From: Flectonema sp. DT1601
Taxonomy: Eukaryota
Assembly: GCA_964019425.1 (NCBI GenBank)
Contig: OZ025782.1
Coordinates: 1,054,001-1,118,000 of the forward strand
DNA length: 64,000 nucleotides
Direction: 5' to 3'
The notes beneath the pieces are model-generated. The model did not search any database. It was given only the letters and a program-made list of their open reading frames with translations, and was not told the origin of the DNA. The position numbers and the translations under genes were made by a program. Shown here in pieces: positions 12,573-25,032 of this stretch (its first letter is position 1; every line of letters begins with the position of its first letter).

Positions 12573-13250
12573 AACAGCAAATAATCTTTTTTTTAAATTA
12601 TGGTTAAACCGAAAAAAAACAGATAACAAAATGATCACACTTCGTACATAACTAAAATACCGAATTGGAGAGTCTAATGATTTATACGATTTTGTTTTTT
12701 TATCTTATTTGTGATTACCAAATGAAATGTTGGAATTAATTAAAAACCTTCATTGTCTTTTTGATGTTAGTAAGAATATGAGTTTATAATAAAAAAGTGC
12801 ACTAAAATAAAATATAAAAAATAAAAATTATAAAAACACATTGTTCTGCTGTTCCATAATACACTGTGGAATACGTAGTTTCAGTAGCCTTAATCTTATA
12901 CTACTTGTCCCTCTTAGGCCTTCATCAGTAAGTTCTAGGGACTTCATTCCAGTTAATTAATAAATCGGATCCATCAATTGGTCTATTTCAAAAGAACTGA
13001 TTTCTAAATGTCCATCGGAGCTCGTCAGGACGGGCTAGAAATATAAAAATGTAACAACAGCAATAAACTTTTTAAATTATGGTTAAACCGAAAAAAAACA
13101 GATAACAAAATGATCACACTTCGTACATAACTAAAATACCGAATTGGAGAGTCTAATGATTTATACGAGTTTGTTTTCTATCTTATTTATGATTACCAAA
13201 TTAAATGTTGGAATTAATTAAAAACCTTCATTGCCTTTTTGATGTTAGTT
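12573..13250 (+). repeat. ~195-bp near-identical direct repeat (12573-12771 and 13055-13250) flanking a dispersed element
   Basis: Both copies read ..TTAAATTATGGTTAAACCG..GATCACACTTCGTACATAAC..CCTTCATTG..GATGTTAGT with few differences. Confidence 0.95.
12772..13030. repeat. Dispersed repeat family A (also ~35368-35545, 47260-47365, 51560-51620, 56915-57000)
   Basis: Shared motifs AATATGAGTTT..AAAAAGTGCACTA, AAAACACATTGTTCTGCTGTTC, TAGTTTCA, TGTCCCTCTTAGGCCTT and AAGTTCT.GGGACTT. Confidence 0.8.
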
Positions 13251-13411
13251 AGTTAGAAATGTTTCTTCCGATACCTACTTTTATCGATGTACCACTTGGT
13301 ACTACTTTCGGGAAAAAAAAAAGGTGATATCCAGAAGAGTTTATCTACCAACGATCACTTATACGATTAAGAAAAAAAAAAAAAAAAATCCCCATTCAGA
13401 TTAGCCTTATT

Positions 13412-13540
13412 CTTCGTTGAACTCAGACAAAATCCTGTCGCACGGGGGAATATAATTCATGATACCATAAGAAATATCGGCTAATTCAATCTGAATAGTT
13501 TCTTCTCCGACTACGTCGGTACAAAAAAAAAAAAAAAAAA
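13412..13540. repeat. Dispersed repeat family C (second copy ~55955-56066)
   Basis: Both copies: TTCGTTGAAC..AAAATCCTG..GCACGGGGGAA..TTCAATCTGAATAGTTTCTTCT.CGACTACG.CGGTA followed by an A-run. Confidence 0.85.
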
Positions 13541-13564
13541 CAGGATTTTTCGTCACACAGTTGA

Positions 13565-15007
13565 TTAACGCAATACATCAATGTCATTCCTGATCCACGT
13601 TAATGAATTTCGAGTATATATTACATATACTGACTCTGTGGATTCACTCAAGCAAATGCATCGACGTTCTGATGGTGCCCATGAAATAAGCGCGCACTTA
13701 GGGCTTGCTGTCACCACCACTACGAGACACGACTCAGATGTGTCACTATCAAATATCTCACCACGAGTGTCTTGCCAAGACTCAACTGCTTGCTGAGAAG
13801 GATATTCAGTGAACCCAGTCTTACCAGGACCGCCACCCTTAGATATAAGCGCCGCAGCTAAAATAACATCTTTTTTAATAGTTGGCCATTGCAAACTACC
13901 TTCCCAAGCAGGTGACTGATCCCCAAATCTCATAGGTAGTTTCCTTATCATCACCCTGTTAAGGAGTTCTTTTGCAAGTAGTAATGCTTCCCTCTTTGAG
14001 GAAATACCAGCCATAGACATCAGTGGCCATCCGTATGTAATCCATGAAAGTTCATCTCCACTTGTTTTAACATCCCACGGATGACGTACAAACCTTCCAG
14101 CAGGTGAGTTCAGTACTGAGAACTCAGCGATTCCAATTAAATGTTTGAATCTTTTTGATGTCTGAGGGTTACTAAAGCAAAGACTATTCAGACAGCTCTG
14201 TTCTGCAATTCGTTGAGTTCGATATTTCTTATCGCAAGATCCAGTAGCTACACTTCGCGACCATTCTGAAATAAGTTCAGCAGTATTCTCATTTAACATA
14301 TTTAGCAAGAAGACTCCGGAATTCAAATACCCCAACCTATCAATAAGTTCCCAAACGTTCTCTACTGGATGCTCACATGCGGCAATGAGAGAGGTGTCCG
14401 CAAGGCTATCGATGTAGCTGAAATTCATTAGTGGACGAGCAACTCCGAATGGAAGAACTCCTCCAGCAACGTATGATTGAAATGATCTCTTTAAATTAGC
14501 AGTTGATAAAAATTGAGTTAAATTAACATCGGGTTCGTTAAAAAAAGCATCGCTATCTAAATACATCAACCAATCTGAACTTCTATAGCTTCCTTCAGAG
14601 ATCCTCTCTGTCAAGTATTGTCCAGCAAGAACGTTTCCCCATCCTCGATTCCAATATCCACATGCTTCTGTTGGGGGAGGTACCCATAGAGAGAATTTAT
14701 TTCCAAATTTTTTACTATAGGCATAGTTTGTGAGTACAGTGTATACCCATTGTGGCCATTCTTCCCACGGTGTTGATTCCAAGAAATCATCATTTTCGAG
14801 TTGTACGAACTGTGTATTCGTCATATATATTTCTACGTCTGACGAATGAACAACTCGACTACTGGTTGTAAACTTCTTCACAGCTGATACAGGCAATCTC
14901 GGTACAACTACTGGAGACGATTTCATCAACGGCCCCTTATCGAAGAACACCACTAATATAATCACCAATGCAATAAAAGTTATGATCTTTTTAAGTGACA
15001 TTTTCAT
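13565..15007 (-). CDS. Type II membrane glycosyltransferase, GT34 (GMA12/MNN10)-like
   Basis: N-terminal TM helix plus DWLMYLDSDAFF (DxD), YLNSGVFLL and EQSCL motifs. The start is probably ATG 15007 or 15001. Confidence 0.75.
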   Translation of the reverse strand: MKMSLKKIITFIALVIILVVFFDKGPLMKSSPVVVPRLPVSAVKKFTTSSRVVHSSDVEIYMTNTQFVQLENDDFLESTPWEEWPQWVYTVLTNYAYSKKFGNKFSLWVPPPTEACGYWNRGWGNVLAGQYLTERISEGSYRSSDWLMYLDSDAFFNEPDVNLTQFLSTANLKRSFQSYVAGGVLPFGVARPLMNFSYIDSLADTSLIAACEHPVENVWELIDRLGYLNSGVFLLNMLNENTAELISEWSRSVATGSCDKKYRTQRIAEQSCLNSLCFSNPQTSKRFKHLIGIAEFSVLNSPAGRFVRHPWDVKTSGDELSWITYGWPLMSMAGISSKREALLLAKELLNRVMIRKLPMRFGDQSPAWEGSLQWPTIKKDVILAAALISKGGGPGKTGFTEYPSQQAVESWQDTRGEIFDSDTSESCLVVVVTASPKCALISWAPSERRCICLSESTESVYVIYTRNSLTWIRNDIDVLR

Positions 15008-15572
15008 TTCTCCTTTCTTTTTTAGATCCTGGAAATGAATGCACGAGAACAGGTGTGACATTGTCCTCTTGATGATGTATTTCATAGAATGTATTTCAGT
15101 GTCAATTCCCTTTTTTTTTTTTTTTTTCAGAATTCCATATTTAATTTTTTTTTTTTGATATAAATTTATTTTCTGTCACTGAAATAATAAAGTGATTACG
15201 CAAACAATATAAATACCTAACGTACCGAACGTATGTCACATATTTAAAAGTTGTGTTCTCTATTTATTAATAATCGTTTTTTAAGTAACATATGATGAAC
15301 AGATTCAGTGATGACATAAATAATGTCATAGTATCGAAGGAAGCAAAGCAATATTTTTTAGATATTAAACAGCACACGACTCGAGACTGATAAAGGAAAC
15401 AAGTCCTAACAACCAGCCGAGAAAACCACCGGCATCACACAAGAAATACAACAAAGACTACCGACATAGAAATCAACCGGCAAACATCATTGCGATGAGA
15501 GGAATCATTTTTTTTTTTTTTTTTTAAATCCATCGAAACTTAAATTCTATCAAACAATAGAAGAAAGGAATC

Positions 15573-18500
15573 CTACTGAGGTCGTGTTTTCAGCGCCTGA
15601 CATTTTCCAATACCTGAGAAAACACCTCCATAAGTAGCCAGGGCATGGAAGTGAAGCTGTTTTTTTTATATGTTTAGTTGTAAATAATAAATACGTCGAA
15701 CGTCTAAACATGTCAACTACATACCGAAGTTCCAACACGAGGAGTTCGCAGTCTGAAGTCAAGAGCAGTGCCTTCTACACACAGCGGGACTGTAAAGTCT
15801 TCCGCGTGAATAGCCTCTCCGCCATCCAGTACGGTAACACGAATGGATTTCACTTGGGAATCAGGACCAGGTCCGCCCCATGCAGGACTGATTCGAACAG
15901 CTGGGATCAGAGTCCTGTCTGCACATTTAATTTCAGCACTATCACGAGAAGTACTACTGATTAGAGATATTTTTGATTTTATAAAAGGGGTTTCAGTTGT
16001 TGGCATGCAAAGCATTTGCGCATTTGGAGCGACGCGCACCGACCTACCGAGAACATTGATTTTTGACACGACAACATCTGCTGATGTTCTTAAAGAGAGG
16101 ACTACCATATGAACTCCGATATCTGTCAAGTGAGAAGGGATAATGATCGATTTCATCTCGGAAACATCTTTGAACTGTCGCTCTAGTGAAGTCAACTTGT
16201 CATCAGATCTGCCAGCCTCAATAGTGAGAGTAATCAACTGCTGATCATCTTTAATTGGTTGCTGCCAGTTAATTGATATTTGAATCTCTGTAACCATCGA
16301 AGGACGGCCGAGAGCAATAACTATCTGAGACGAGTTGTCTTTTGGAATTTTCCAAACAGAAGCTTTTTTAGCATCTCTGTGTGAAGACTTCCTTCTACGA
16401 GGAGATCCAACTCGAAGTGGGTAATCATCAGAATTAACATCTGATAACTGTTCATCATCAGATATCGAATCTAACGATACATCACTTCCTGATGACTTCT
16501 TAACAACTTGTTGAGTAGATTTCGCTGTCGGACTTTCGCTGTTTATCGATTCGGTTGAGGAATCTGCAAAAACGCTTTCCCCCCTTTGATCAGATTCCTT
16601 CTTACTGGTTTGTGAACTGCTACGTCCATTTTTGATTTCTGGGCTGTTGCTGACAACAGGAACACGTGAAGGTTCTTCGTCAGATGTCGAGCTGTCGAAG
16701 GCGCGGTAAGCTGCTGAACAAAGAGGTGGTGGTGGTGGTCGAGTTTTAGGATCAGCCGAGTCGTCGTTGATGCCACCACCCCAAGCCTGAGAATGAGACT
16801 TACTGTGAGATGATGTTTTATGTTTCTTTGAAGGTGCTGCTTTAGTAGTTGGCTTCGGTGGTAGCGGAGCGGGTTTTGAGGAAATTCGCAAACTCGATAA
16901 ACTACGCGACGGATTCAACAGAACATTTGGAGTACCCTGTCGTGATATGTTCCAATTTGCGATATTCGCAACAAACGATGACGAGTTCTTACCTGAGATG
17001 TTATAATTTAGTTGAGTACCTTTCAAAGGTGTTGGTCTATCTGGAATATCAGCCTTTCCAAGAATTCTAATCGCTCCAATCGACATTGGTGTTGTTTCGT
17101 TAAATTGTTTTAACGCGACTTCGATAAGTCGCATGTCAGTACCGACACCACAAGTCTCAGATATTTCATAAAACAACCAAGTACCATCTGAACAGATTGG
17201 AATAGTAACATCAGATATTAGAGTTGTCATTCTGCTTAAGAGAATACCTCCACTGACTTGAAGTGTTCCTGGTACTGATGTTCCTGTTTTGTGTCTAACT
17301 CTTAGTGCAATATAAATAGGAGATAATTCAACTGCTGGAGATAAAGTAATCACCACTGAGTAGACTTCAATATCAGTTGGAGTTACCCAAACCTCTCTCC
17401 CGGTGTCGTGAAGCAAATCAAACGGCTGGGGAGCTGCAGAACTAATAACCGTCGACGATATCGGACGAAGTGCCATCTTAGGATTTCTTACTGCTAAGTA
17501 TGCTACATAACAATCTGTTCTTCCTTGATCATTCATCACATTTTGATAACGACGTAGTACAGAGAGCATTGTATTGCTGTAGTGTGAACCTTTAGTGTTG
17601 CTGTTTTTTGGTAAAAACTGTCGGATGATCTCCGCATGTGCAACTGGTGTTCCTGTGTACAACTGTGACAGAACATCTCCCGCGGAAATGAAAAGCTCAG
17701 CGAGAACTTCCAGAAAAGGAGCTCCTAAAGCAGCTCTAGCTCCCATGACTGTTTGAAGTGATTCAAAACGGTGTTGATGTCTGAATGATGATCTACGAGA
17801 ACTAACTCCTCTGATAGTAGTCAGCATCTCATAACACATTTGAACAGCAATTAGAAAAGAACAATTATTTGATCTGTCGAGTGAATCAGCGCAATTAATT
17901 CGAACCATCCCACTCTGCTTCTGAGTGATGACTAATCGCTTACCGAATTCTAACTCGTCATGATTGCCAGCAGCTGATTCTCCAACAACGAAACCGTGTT
18001 CTGATAGTCTGCCTCCAAGACATCCCCAAATCACACCAGGTAACTTGTCCTGACCGAGTGTTTTATTCATTTTGTGCCAATTTAATGGACAGTATGTTAC
18101 TCCAAGTTCAACAAGTTCTGGTGTTCTTGTCAGTCTCTCATACGCATCTCCTAAAGCTTGCTCTGGAGAACCCTCATCAAGTTGTAATAGGGATATACAG
18201 GTTATGTCACCAGTGCTGTCGTAACCACCCCAACGCTTGTAATGGGTTGAGAGGTTTTTAAAATAAGCTTCGGCACCTGAAAGGTAGTCCGCTGCAAGAA
18301 CAGTTGTCGCTTGTCCAATGTGTGCTCGAGAAGTTAGTTCAGAAGACCATTTTAGTGGAACGGTACCTCTGCGCCAGGAGTAGGTTGCGTATTTGGTTTC
18401 ACCATCATCGCTGTCAACCCAAACTATGAGTTGACATTCAACTTCATTAGCTGGGTTTGAATGATCATCAAGTCCTCTAGCTGTATAACGAGAACCTGGA

Positions 18501-19333
18501 TGATAACGTGATTTCTTTGATATTAAAGTCACAAACTCTCTCATATCTTGATGACCATGTTGCTGATCACCAAACTGACAAGAAGCAGCATGTCCCTGAA
18601 GTAATGGAGTACACCAACCATTTAATCCAACTGCGACAAATTCCCTTGACAACTCACAATTCCAATGGAATTCTGTAAGAGGATCACCCTGCCTTGATTG
18701 TCCTGTTACAAATAATCTGGTCAAGTCTACTTCTTCACAATAAAAGTGAGAATCACCATACTGATAAGCCAATAGATTCTCAACAGATGAATCTTTTACG
18801 TTATATATTGGATACGCACAAGGAGTACTTTGAGAAACACTAATCCATTCTGCACATTCAATAGTAAATATAGAAGCACCACATGGAAGGTATCCAGTTT
18901 TACTTGATGAGATTACTACTGAAAGTCTTCCGTTAGCAATTCCAAGTAGGGCCTTCGCACGGGTTTGTTTTGTTATTGAGAGACCACGATTCTTTATGAG
19001 ATGTCGAAGGGCACTTTCCTCGGTTCGAAAATTAGATTCTCCAGCAATATTTGAAAAGACTAAAGATCCAGTGACAGTGCAAACTGATATTAGTTGGGTG
19101 TCGTGTCGGGTAGCAAGTGATGATATGATAAAAAGCTGACCTCCAGCAACTACAATTAAATGAGTGCTACCAGCTCTTTCAACACTTGACAATGTGATGT
19201 CCCCCTCATCGTAATAATTATTGTCAGCCATCACACCCCAAGCTCTCTCCTCAGCCTCAAACACTTTCCCCATTGCAACCACAGCATCTCTGTACAGCTC
19301 AATACGCTCTCTCTCAAGTACCAACAGCGACAT
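15573..19333 (-). CDS. SAC-domain phosphoinositide phosphatase, SAC9-like
   Basis: Catalytic motif RINCADSLDRSNN, plus RRGTVPLKW and ANEVECQ. The N-terminal DTQLISV..TGSL..NFRTE is reminiscent of plant SAC9. Intron 15657-15724 adds a 27-aa last exon. The start may be 19333 or 19231. Confidence 0.85.
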
Positions 19334-19497
19334 CTTTTTTTGTCTTTTCGCCTCTTCACATGGCTGGCACTGACATGTGGGGGAGAATTACAATTATCTT
19401 GTTTAAGAATAAAATAAAGAAACAATAATTATTCATTATGTAGAGAGGTGTAAATGACCCTTAGAAATTGATAACAGGGGCTTTAATAAATTACATC

Positions 19498-20523
19498 TCA
19501 CATTAGAGTGAGAGAATAGCTACACTCTCGTACGACACGTAGGTGTCCGCGACGGTGCTGTTTGCAGTTTCCTCGAGCGTGACTGCATCCAGCGCGTAGT
19601 ATTTTTCGTTGTGAGAGTTCTTTAGTTGTGAGTTTGGAGCGAATCCTCACAGCAGACGTCTCGAGTTTTTGACGAGCCAATCGCAACTTTGAACGAAACG
19701 AGACAACCGCTCTATAATATCCATGGAGAGATCTAAAATACCTTTCAAAAACAAGACTTTCAGAGTGATCACAAAGTGCTTTAGCTGCAAGCACACGAAG
19801 AGGACGAATATTAATTCTTTCACATATTCGAATTATTGTTCTGTATTCCAATCTCTCTGTATTGATGATAAGCTGTCTATCTTTTAATTCATCGCGTCTG
19901 ACACAAATGTCGTCTTCAAGACCTTCTCTGAGGGATTGCAACTCCAATTCTTTAATCGCCTCTCGATTACTATCAAATTCCTGCAAGAACGATCTCAATT
20001 CAGTTTCGTGAAATTGAATCTGTCGTGTGATCATCGTGGAACAGTATTGGTTAGATAATTCACATCTCTTGTTGGATTCTTTTAGTTGTATTTCTATTAG
20101 TAAGGCTGATGTTGGTATTATATTTCTCATTGTGGTGTAGTCTTGTTTTGTTTCTTTGCGATGCATCCTTCTCAACTGTAGTTGAGTGTGTTCCCAAAGC
20201 CTCCATACGTGAATTCTTGCGTGCTGTTCTTCAAGTTGGATTCGCTCAAATCTTTCCATCGTCTGTTCACCTTCTCTGAGTGTTAACATCGTCTGGTAAA
20301 TCTCTTTAAAAGATTTTGTTGACAGTTTCGGTGCTACAAAAAGATTCCACAACACTATTCGACAGTCTGATTGGTATGACTGGAATTTCCTTCGAAGGAA
20401 TACCTCAGTGATACAAAAAGTTCTTTGAAATTCTTGTGATCGTATTTGTTCATTTCGTTGAGCACTCTCAAGCAGTTCCAATTCTGATCTCCCTGTTTCA
20501 ACGTATTCGTTATTTGATTGCAT
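19498..20523 (-). CDS. Hypothetical E/R/Q-rich coiled-coil protein
   Basis: 341-aa ORF with the ATG preceded by AATAG|CTGCAACTG. The C-terminal end is uncertain. Confidence 0.65.
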   Translation of the reverse strand: MQSNNEYVETGRSELELLESAQRNEQIRSQEFQRTFCITEVFLRRKFQSYQSDCRIVLWNLFVAPKLSTKSFKEIYQTMLTLREGEQTMERFERIQLEEQHARIHVWRLWEHTQLQLRRMHRKETKQDYTTMRNIIPTSALLIEIQLKESNKRCELSNQYCSTMITRQIQFHETELRSFLQEFDSNREAIKELELQSLREGLEDDICVRRDELKDRQLIINTERLEYRTIIRICERINIRPLRVLAAKALCDHSESLVFERYFRSLHGYYRAVVSFRSKLRLARQKLETSAVRIRSKLTTKELSQRKILRAGCSHARGNCKQHRRGHLRVVRECSYSLTLM

Positions 20524-21887
20524 CAGTTGCAGCTATTTGTTTATGATATCATTTTATACATTAATGTTCTGAAGATTTTAATAATAATAAAAAACAGGGT
20601 TTGTTTTTTAAGCGAAGCCAACATAATTCTTTTTTTTTTTTCTTTTTTTATAATATCAATTGAGAGTAGATATTTTGCAAGAAAAAACGACGCAAGAGAC
20701 TAAAAGGAGAGTGGTAACTCCCTGAGAGAAATGGTAAGAAGGGTATCACAGTATCGATGCCTATCTGTCCACTTCACAGAAACAAGAGAACCTCATCTTG
20801 CGTTGGGGTCTGAGTTGTGTTAACCAAACAGGAGTATTCTGACTTAAGAAAACCAGAAAGTAATATTAAAGAAAAGACAAACATAAACAAAAAACTTCAA
20901 ATAGTCCTCTTCAGTTATTAAGCTGAAGGGAGCACAATTCATATAGATATGAGTCACTCGACTACATCTTAAAGCTGTCATCTGTTTCACAATCAACAAT
21001 TGCTCTTTAACTTCTTCAGAAAGTGAAAGAACGAATTATGAATGTTTGTTTATCGAAATAAAATGAAATGAAAAACCAAAGATACGAAATCTTTATCGCA
21101 GTGAACAGGAGGAAAGAAGTCACCGCAAGTCAACAGAGATGCGGTTCGGAGATTCACAGAAGTGAACTCCACGTCAGATGACGACACAGCAACTGATCAT
21201 GTGCAAAGAGATAGAGCGGAGAAAAGCTTAATTAAAAAAACGTTAAGATGGGAGGACTTGGATAAATAATTCAGGATTAGGTTAAATAAGAAGAGGGGAG
21301 GCTTTCGGACGATTTCAGAAAAATCGTGTCGTTTTTTTTAAGTAATTTCGTGAATTTCCACCCTTAGACACCAAAGGTCAAGATTCAATCTGGAAAAGGA
21401 TCGTCCCCCAAAACTATATTATAATAAATGCAAATAAACATAATCGGGGACAGCGAAAATGGCGTTCAACAGATAAGAGTGAGTGAGTGATAACAAAAAG
21501 ACAGACAGTAAATTACATAAGCTGAGACAAGGACAATTTTTGATAATTACTTAATTTCTTTTGTAGATTTATCTACGTCTCCAAAGCGAATCATAACACA
21601 GATTCTCTTCAGATAATATCAATACCATACATTGGATAAATTAACTTTAAAAAAGAAACATCAAAAAAAAAGAGGAGGAACACAACCCTCCCTCGAAAAC
21701 TTTCTTAGGATAAAAATAAGTTATGGTTGAGGTCTTTAAAAAAGTAATTGTCATTCTGTCAAAGGAAAACATTCAAATCTATTTACTCAAACATGTTGAA
21801 CATGTTTCTAATTGTTGGGATTTAAATTGTTAAACCTTTTTTTATCTGACAAAAAAAAAAAAAGTTTTTTATAAATTTGTTTTAATA

Positions 21888-24725
21888 CTAGCTATTCATC
21901 AAACCATTCACCTTAATGGGTGACAAACCAATAATTTTCTCGGTATTCTCAATCATAGATGCTGTGGTTAATGGGTCGTATGTGAGAGCAGATTTCGGAT
22001 CTGTTGGGTCTAAAACTTTTGCGCTGGTGTACGCATCAGGTCCAATTAGTGAGAGCAGTACAGGTAAACAAAAAACTCCAAAATAAATACCAAACAGGAT
22101 AATTATTGAGAACATTCTAAAGAAAACTGTAAAAACATAAGACTTCGCACTAGCCAACGGAAGGATCGCAAGAAACGTTGAAATCGCTCCATTCACAACA
22201 GCTGGACCCATTTTACACAAAGCATACGAAGCTCTAAGTTGCCGTTGAGTGTATGGACAGTCTGGTGATGGTTCTGCTTTTACAGTTAAAAAAGCGTGTC
22301 CAATATGAACACTGTAGTCTACAGCCAAACCAATTGCGACAACAATACACACGACACTGACGCTGTTGACATCAACGTTGACGATAATCATGAATCCCAA
22401 CATACAAATGTCAACACATCCGATCATAAGTACGACTAGACCTCCAATTGCGAGATTAGCTACTAAAATAGTAACCAACACAAATACACATGTGACTGCA
22501 ATTAATACATTTCTAGTTACTTCTTGGATCATTAAATCAAATCCTTCCCAAAATACAAATGGCCAAGTCCAACAAAAACACTCTCCATGAAACACATCAG
22601 AATGAGAATCTCTAAACCGATCGAGTGGTGTTCTAATATCATTCATACAGTTGACTGCTGTTTGACCATCAGAAGAACAAGAACCTTTTATTAAGTATTG
22701 TATCTTTGATGCTATCAGTCCATCCTTGTTGTTATTCCAAATTATATTTGATTGACTTGACACATATCTAGATGTGAGTGTTGAGTCTGATGTAGTCGGA
22801 TCAAAACCCGTAAATTGTAACAGAAAATAATAAAAATACTCAGGGCGGATAACTGGTAATCCTTTTGGAGAAGTAGTAGTGTTGCCTGGAGAAACAAAAG
22901 TGACATATTCGTGGAAATCACTCAGCCATGAGATTACTGTTTTAGGAACAGCTGCCTGTCCAGAACCAACAAGTTGAATTGCTTCATGAATTACTTCTTG
23001 TGTGTTAACATCGTGATATGACAGCTCTCCAAGGTATAGAAATGTTGGTAACTCAGTCCTAGTGAAATAATAATCTCTGATTTCAAACGTTTCTCTTATC
23101 GATGCCCCAGCAGGTACAAACCATTCTTTATTAAAATCCATTTTTAACTTCGTTAAGCCATAAACACCAACAGATAACCACACGACAGTCAACACTATGA
23201 TTGATACTTTTCCCCATGTAGTTCCAATTGTTATTCTTGGTAGTAGATGACCTGATATATAACTGACTAAGCCTTCCTCCGATTCTTTCCAAGGCTGGTC
23301 ACCAGAAGAACATTTCCGAACAGAATTTTCAAAAGCAAGACAAGGCACACATCCGGTTTCATCTTTTACAGTAATACAGCAAAGGCAATCAGCTCTACCT
23401 GACTGCTGTCGTTTAGAATCAAAGTATGCGATGGCTACAAAGAACGTGCATTGATACGCAAAGTCAAAGAAAATACCCAAAGCTGCATAGTAACAAAAAT
23501 CTCTAAGAGCTGGAAGAACAGTTGCAGAACCAGCTAAAAATGCAATAAAATCAGTGACAGACGTTACAGTAATTGCTGGTCCAGCATGACGTACTGCTTG
23601 AATCATTCTTTCATCCATATTAGTGACTACACTATCCCACCACGAGTCCATTATAACAAAAGTGTCATCGACTCCGATTCCTAAAAGTATTAAAACGAGA
23701 ACTTGAACGACGTTATTAAACTTAATGCCAATTAACCAAGCCATCCCATACGCTGATAGTGTAGACATTCCAATTGATATAACTGATGCTAACCCTAACA
23801 TACCGTGAGAATACTTAAACCTTCCTCTTGTAAGTACGCAACTAGAGAATGTAATTGTTAAAACGTATCCTAAGATCAATGTTGTTACATCTCCTTGGAT
23901 TGCCTCTCCTTCTTGTTGATCTTGAGCTCCTGCTGCTAGAATATGAATCGCTAAACCGTTACTGTTACGCGCGCCTGACCAGATGTCGCGAGCTTGTTTT
24001 TCAAGTTGGACTTCCCACTCTCGAGCTTCAGGATCGTCGTTACCAACTCCTGAAATCTTTCTTCTATTATTGTCTAGGTAATAACTTGCTCTGACTGCCT
24101 CTGCACTCACATAAAGACCAGTTTGATTATCATAATTAGTTTTAGATAAGTAGTGACTGAGATCAGGACCTGAGGGAACATTACGTCTCCACTCTACAGA
24201 ATTTAAATATCCAGCATACGTTGTCCTGTCCAATCTAGAAGCGTTATGTCCGAACAGCGAGAGTACCGAGACCGGGTCTTTACAATTACCAGTGGCGGGC
24301 ATTACTTTACATTCTGAGGCGTACGTAATAAGACGATCTCCATATGTGGTCTCCAGTTGTGTTGTCATCCAATCATGAAAGTCTAACATAGTAGTGAGGC
24401 TTTCGTAGTCTAATACGTTACCTCCTTTACTGGCGACAAAAAAAACAGTTATCGATCTGGCTTGGTAGCCAAATTTATCAACCACCCACTCTTCTTCCCG
24501 TACGCTACGAGAATCCCTGGGAGCGAATTGTTTGTCGGCAGACAGTTCCTCATCATAAACATGAAATCCTTGAGCTAATGACAGAGTCAGCACAACACAG
24601 ATACTAATTGTGGACTTTGGATATGTTATGACTTTTCTCGCTAAGGCTTCAAAGAAATCTTCTAAAGAGCTGTGAACCGAAGCTGATATCCTCTCCAACA
24701 TCGTCTGGTCAGTCGGAGTAGCCAT
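21888..24725 (-). CDS. Patched/NPC1-like sterol-sensing RND transporter
   Basis: 945 aa with two 1+5 TM halves and the motifs GIGVDD, GPAITVTSVTD and GLAVDYSVH. Confidence 0.93.
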   Translation of the reverse strand: MATPTDQTMLERISASVHSSLEDFFEALARKVITYPKSTISICVVLTLSLAQGFHVYDEELSADKQFAPRDSRSVREEEWVVDKFGYQARSITVFFVASKGGNVLDYESLTTMLDFHDWMTTQLETTYGDRLITYASECKVMPATGNCKDPVSVLSLFGHNASRLDRTTYAGYLNSVEWRRNVPSGPDLSHYLSKTNYDNQTGLYVSAEAVRASYYLDNNRRKISGVGNDDPEAREWEVQLEKQARDIWSGARNSNGLAIHILAAGAQDQQEGEAIQGDVTTLILGYVLTITFSSCVLTRGRFKYSHGMLGLASVISIGMSTLSAYGMAWLIGIKFNNVVQVLVLILLGIGVDDTFVIMDSWWDSVVTNMDERMIQAVRHAGPAITVTSVTDFIAFLAGSATVLPALRDFCYYAALGIFFDFAYQCTFFVAIAYFDSKRQQSGRADCLCCITVKDETGCVPCLAFENSVRKCSSGDQPWKESEEGLVSYISGHLLPRITIGTTWGKVSIIVLTVVWLSVGVYGLTKLKMDFNKEWFVPAGASIRETFEIRDYYFTRTELPTFLYLGELSYHDVNTQEVIHEAIQLVGSGQAAVPKTVISWLSDFHEYVTFVSPGNTTTSPKGLPVIRPEYFYYFLLQFTGFDPTTSDSTLTSRYVSSQSNIIWNNNKDGLIASKIQYLIKGSCSSDGQTAVNCMNDIRTPLDRFRDSHSDVFHGECFCWTWPFVFWEGFDLMIQEVTRNVLIAVTCVFVLVTILVANLAIGGLVVLMIGCVDICMLGFMIIVNVDVNSVSVVCIVVAIGLAVDYSVHIGHAFLTVKAEPSPDCPYTQRQLRASYALCKMGPAVVNGAISTFLAILPLASAKSYVFTVFFRMFSIIILFGIYFGVFCLPVLLSLIGPDAYTSAKVLDPTDPKSALTYDPLTTASMIENTEKIIGLSPIKVNGLMNS

Positions 24726-25032
24726 CTTTTAGTGACCCGGCTGGTTAGAATTATAAATACAAATTGTTGAATCGGTAGGCCATGGCCATACAACAGATCA
24801 CGTTTATCATCCATAATCATCCATAACACACATAATACAACAATATAAGGAATTAGAACTGGGAAATGAAATATTTTTTTTTAATAAAATGGAGATGACC
24901 TCGCTAACTGTTTTTCATAACTTCTTATTTTGACAAAAACCAAATTTTCTATATTTTCATTTATAAAAATGCTTACAATAATTCTATCTAATTTACTCTA
25001 AGCGAGAGTACTTAAACCATCACAAAGACCAG

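Noticed and set aside
21040..21270. Plus-strand exon-like stretch ending KKTLRWEDLDK after a GTTTGT..CAG intron-like segment
   Set aside because: No splice combination gave a convincing open frame with a start codon.
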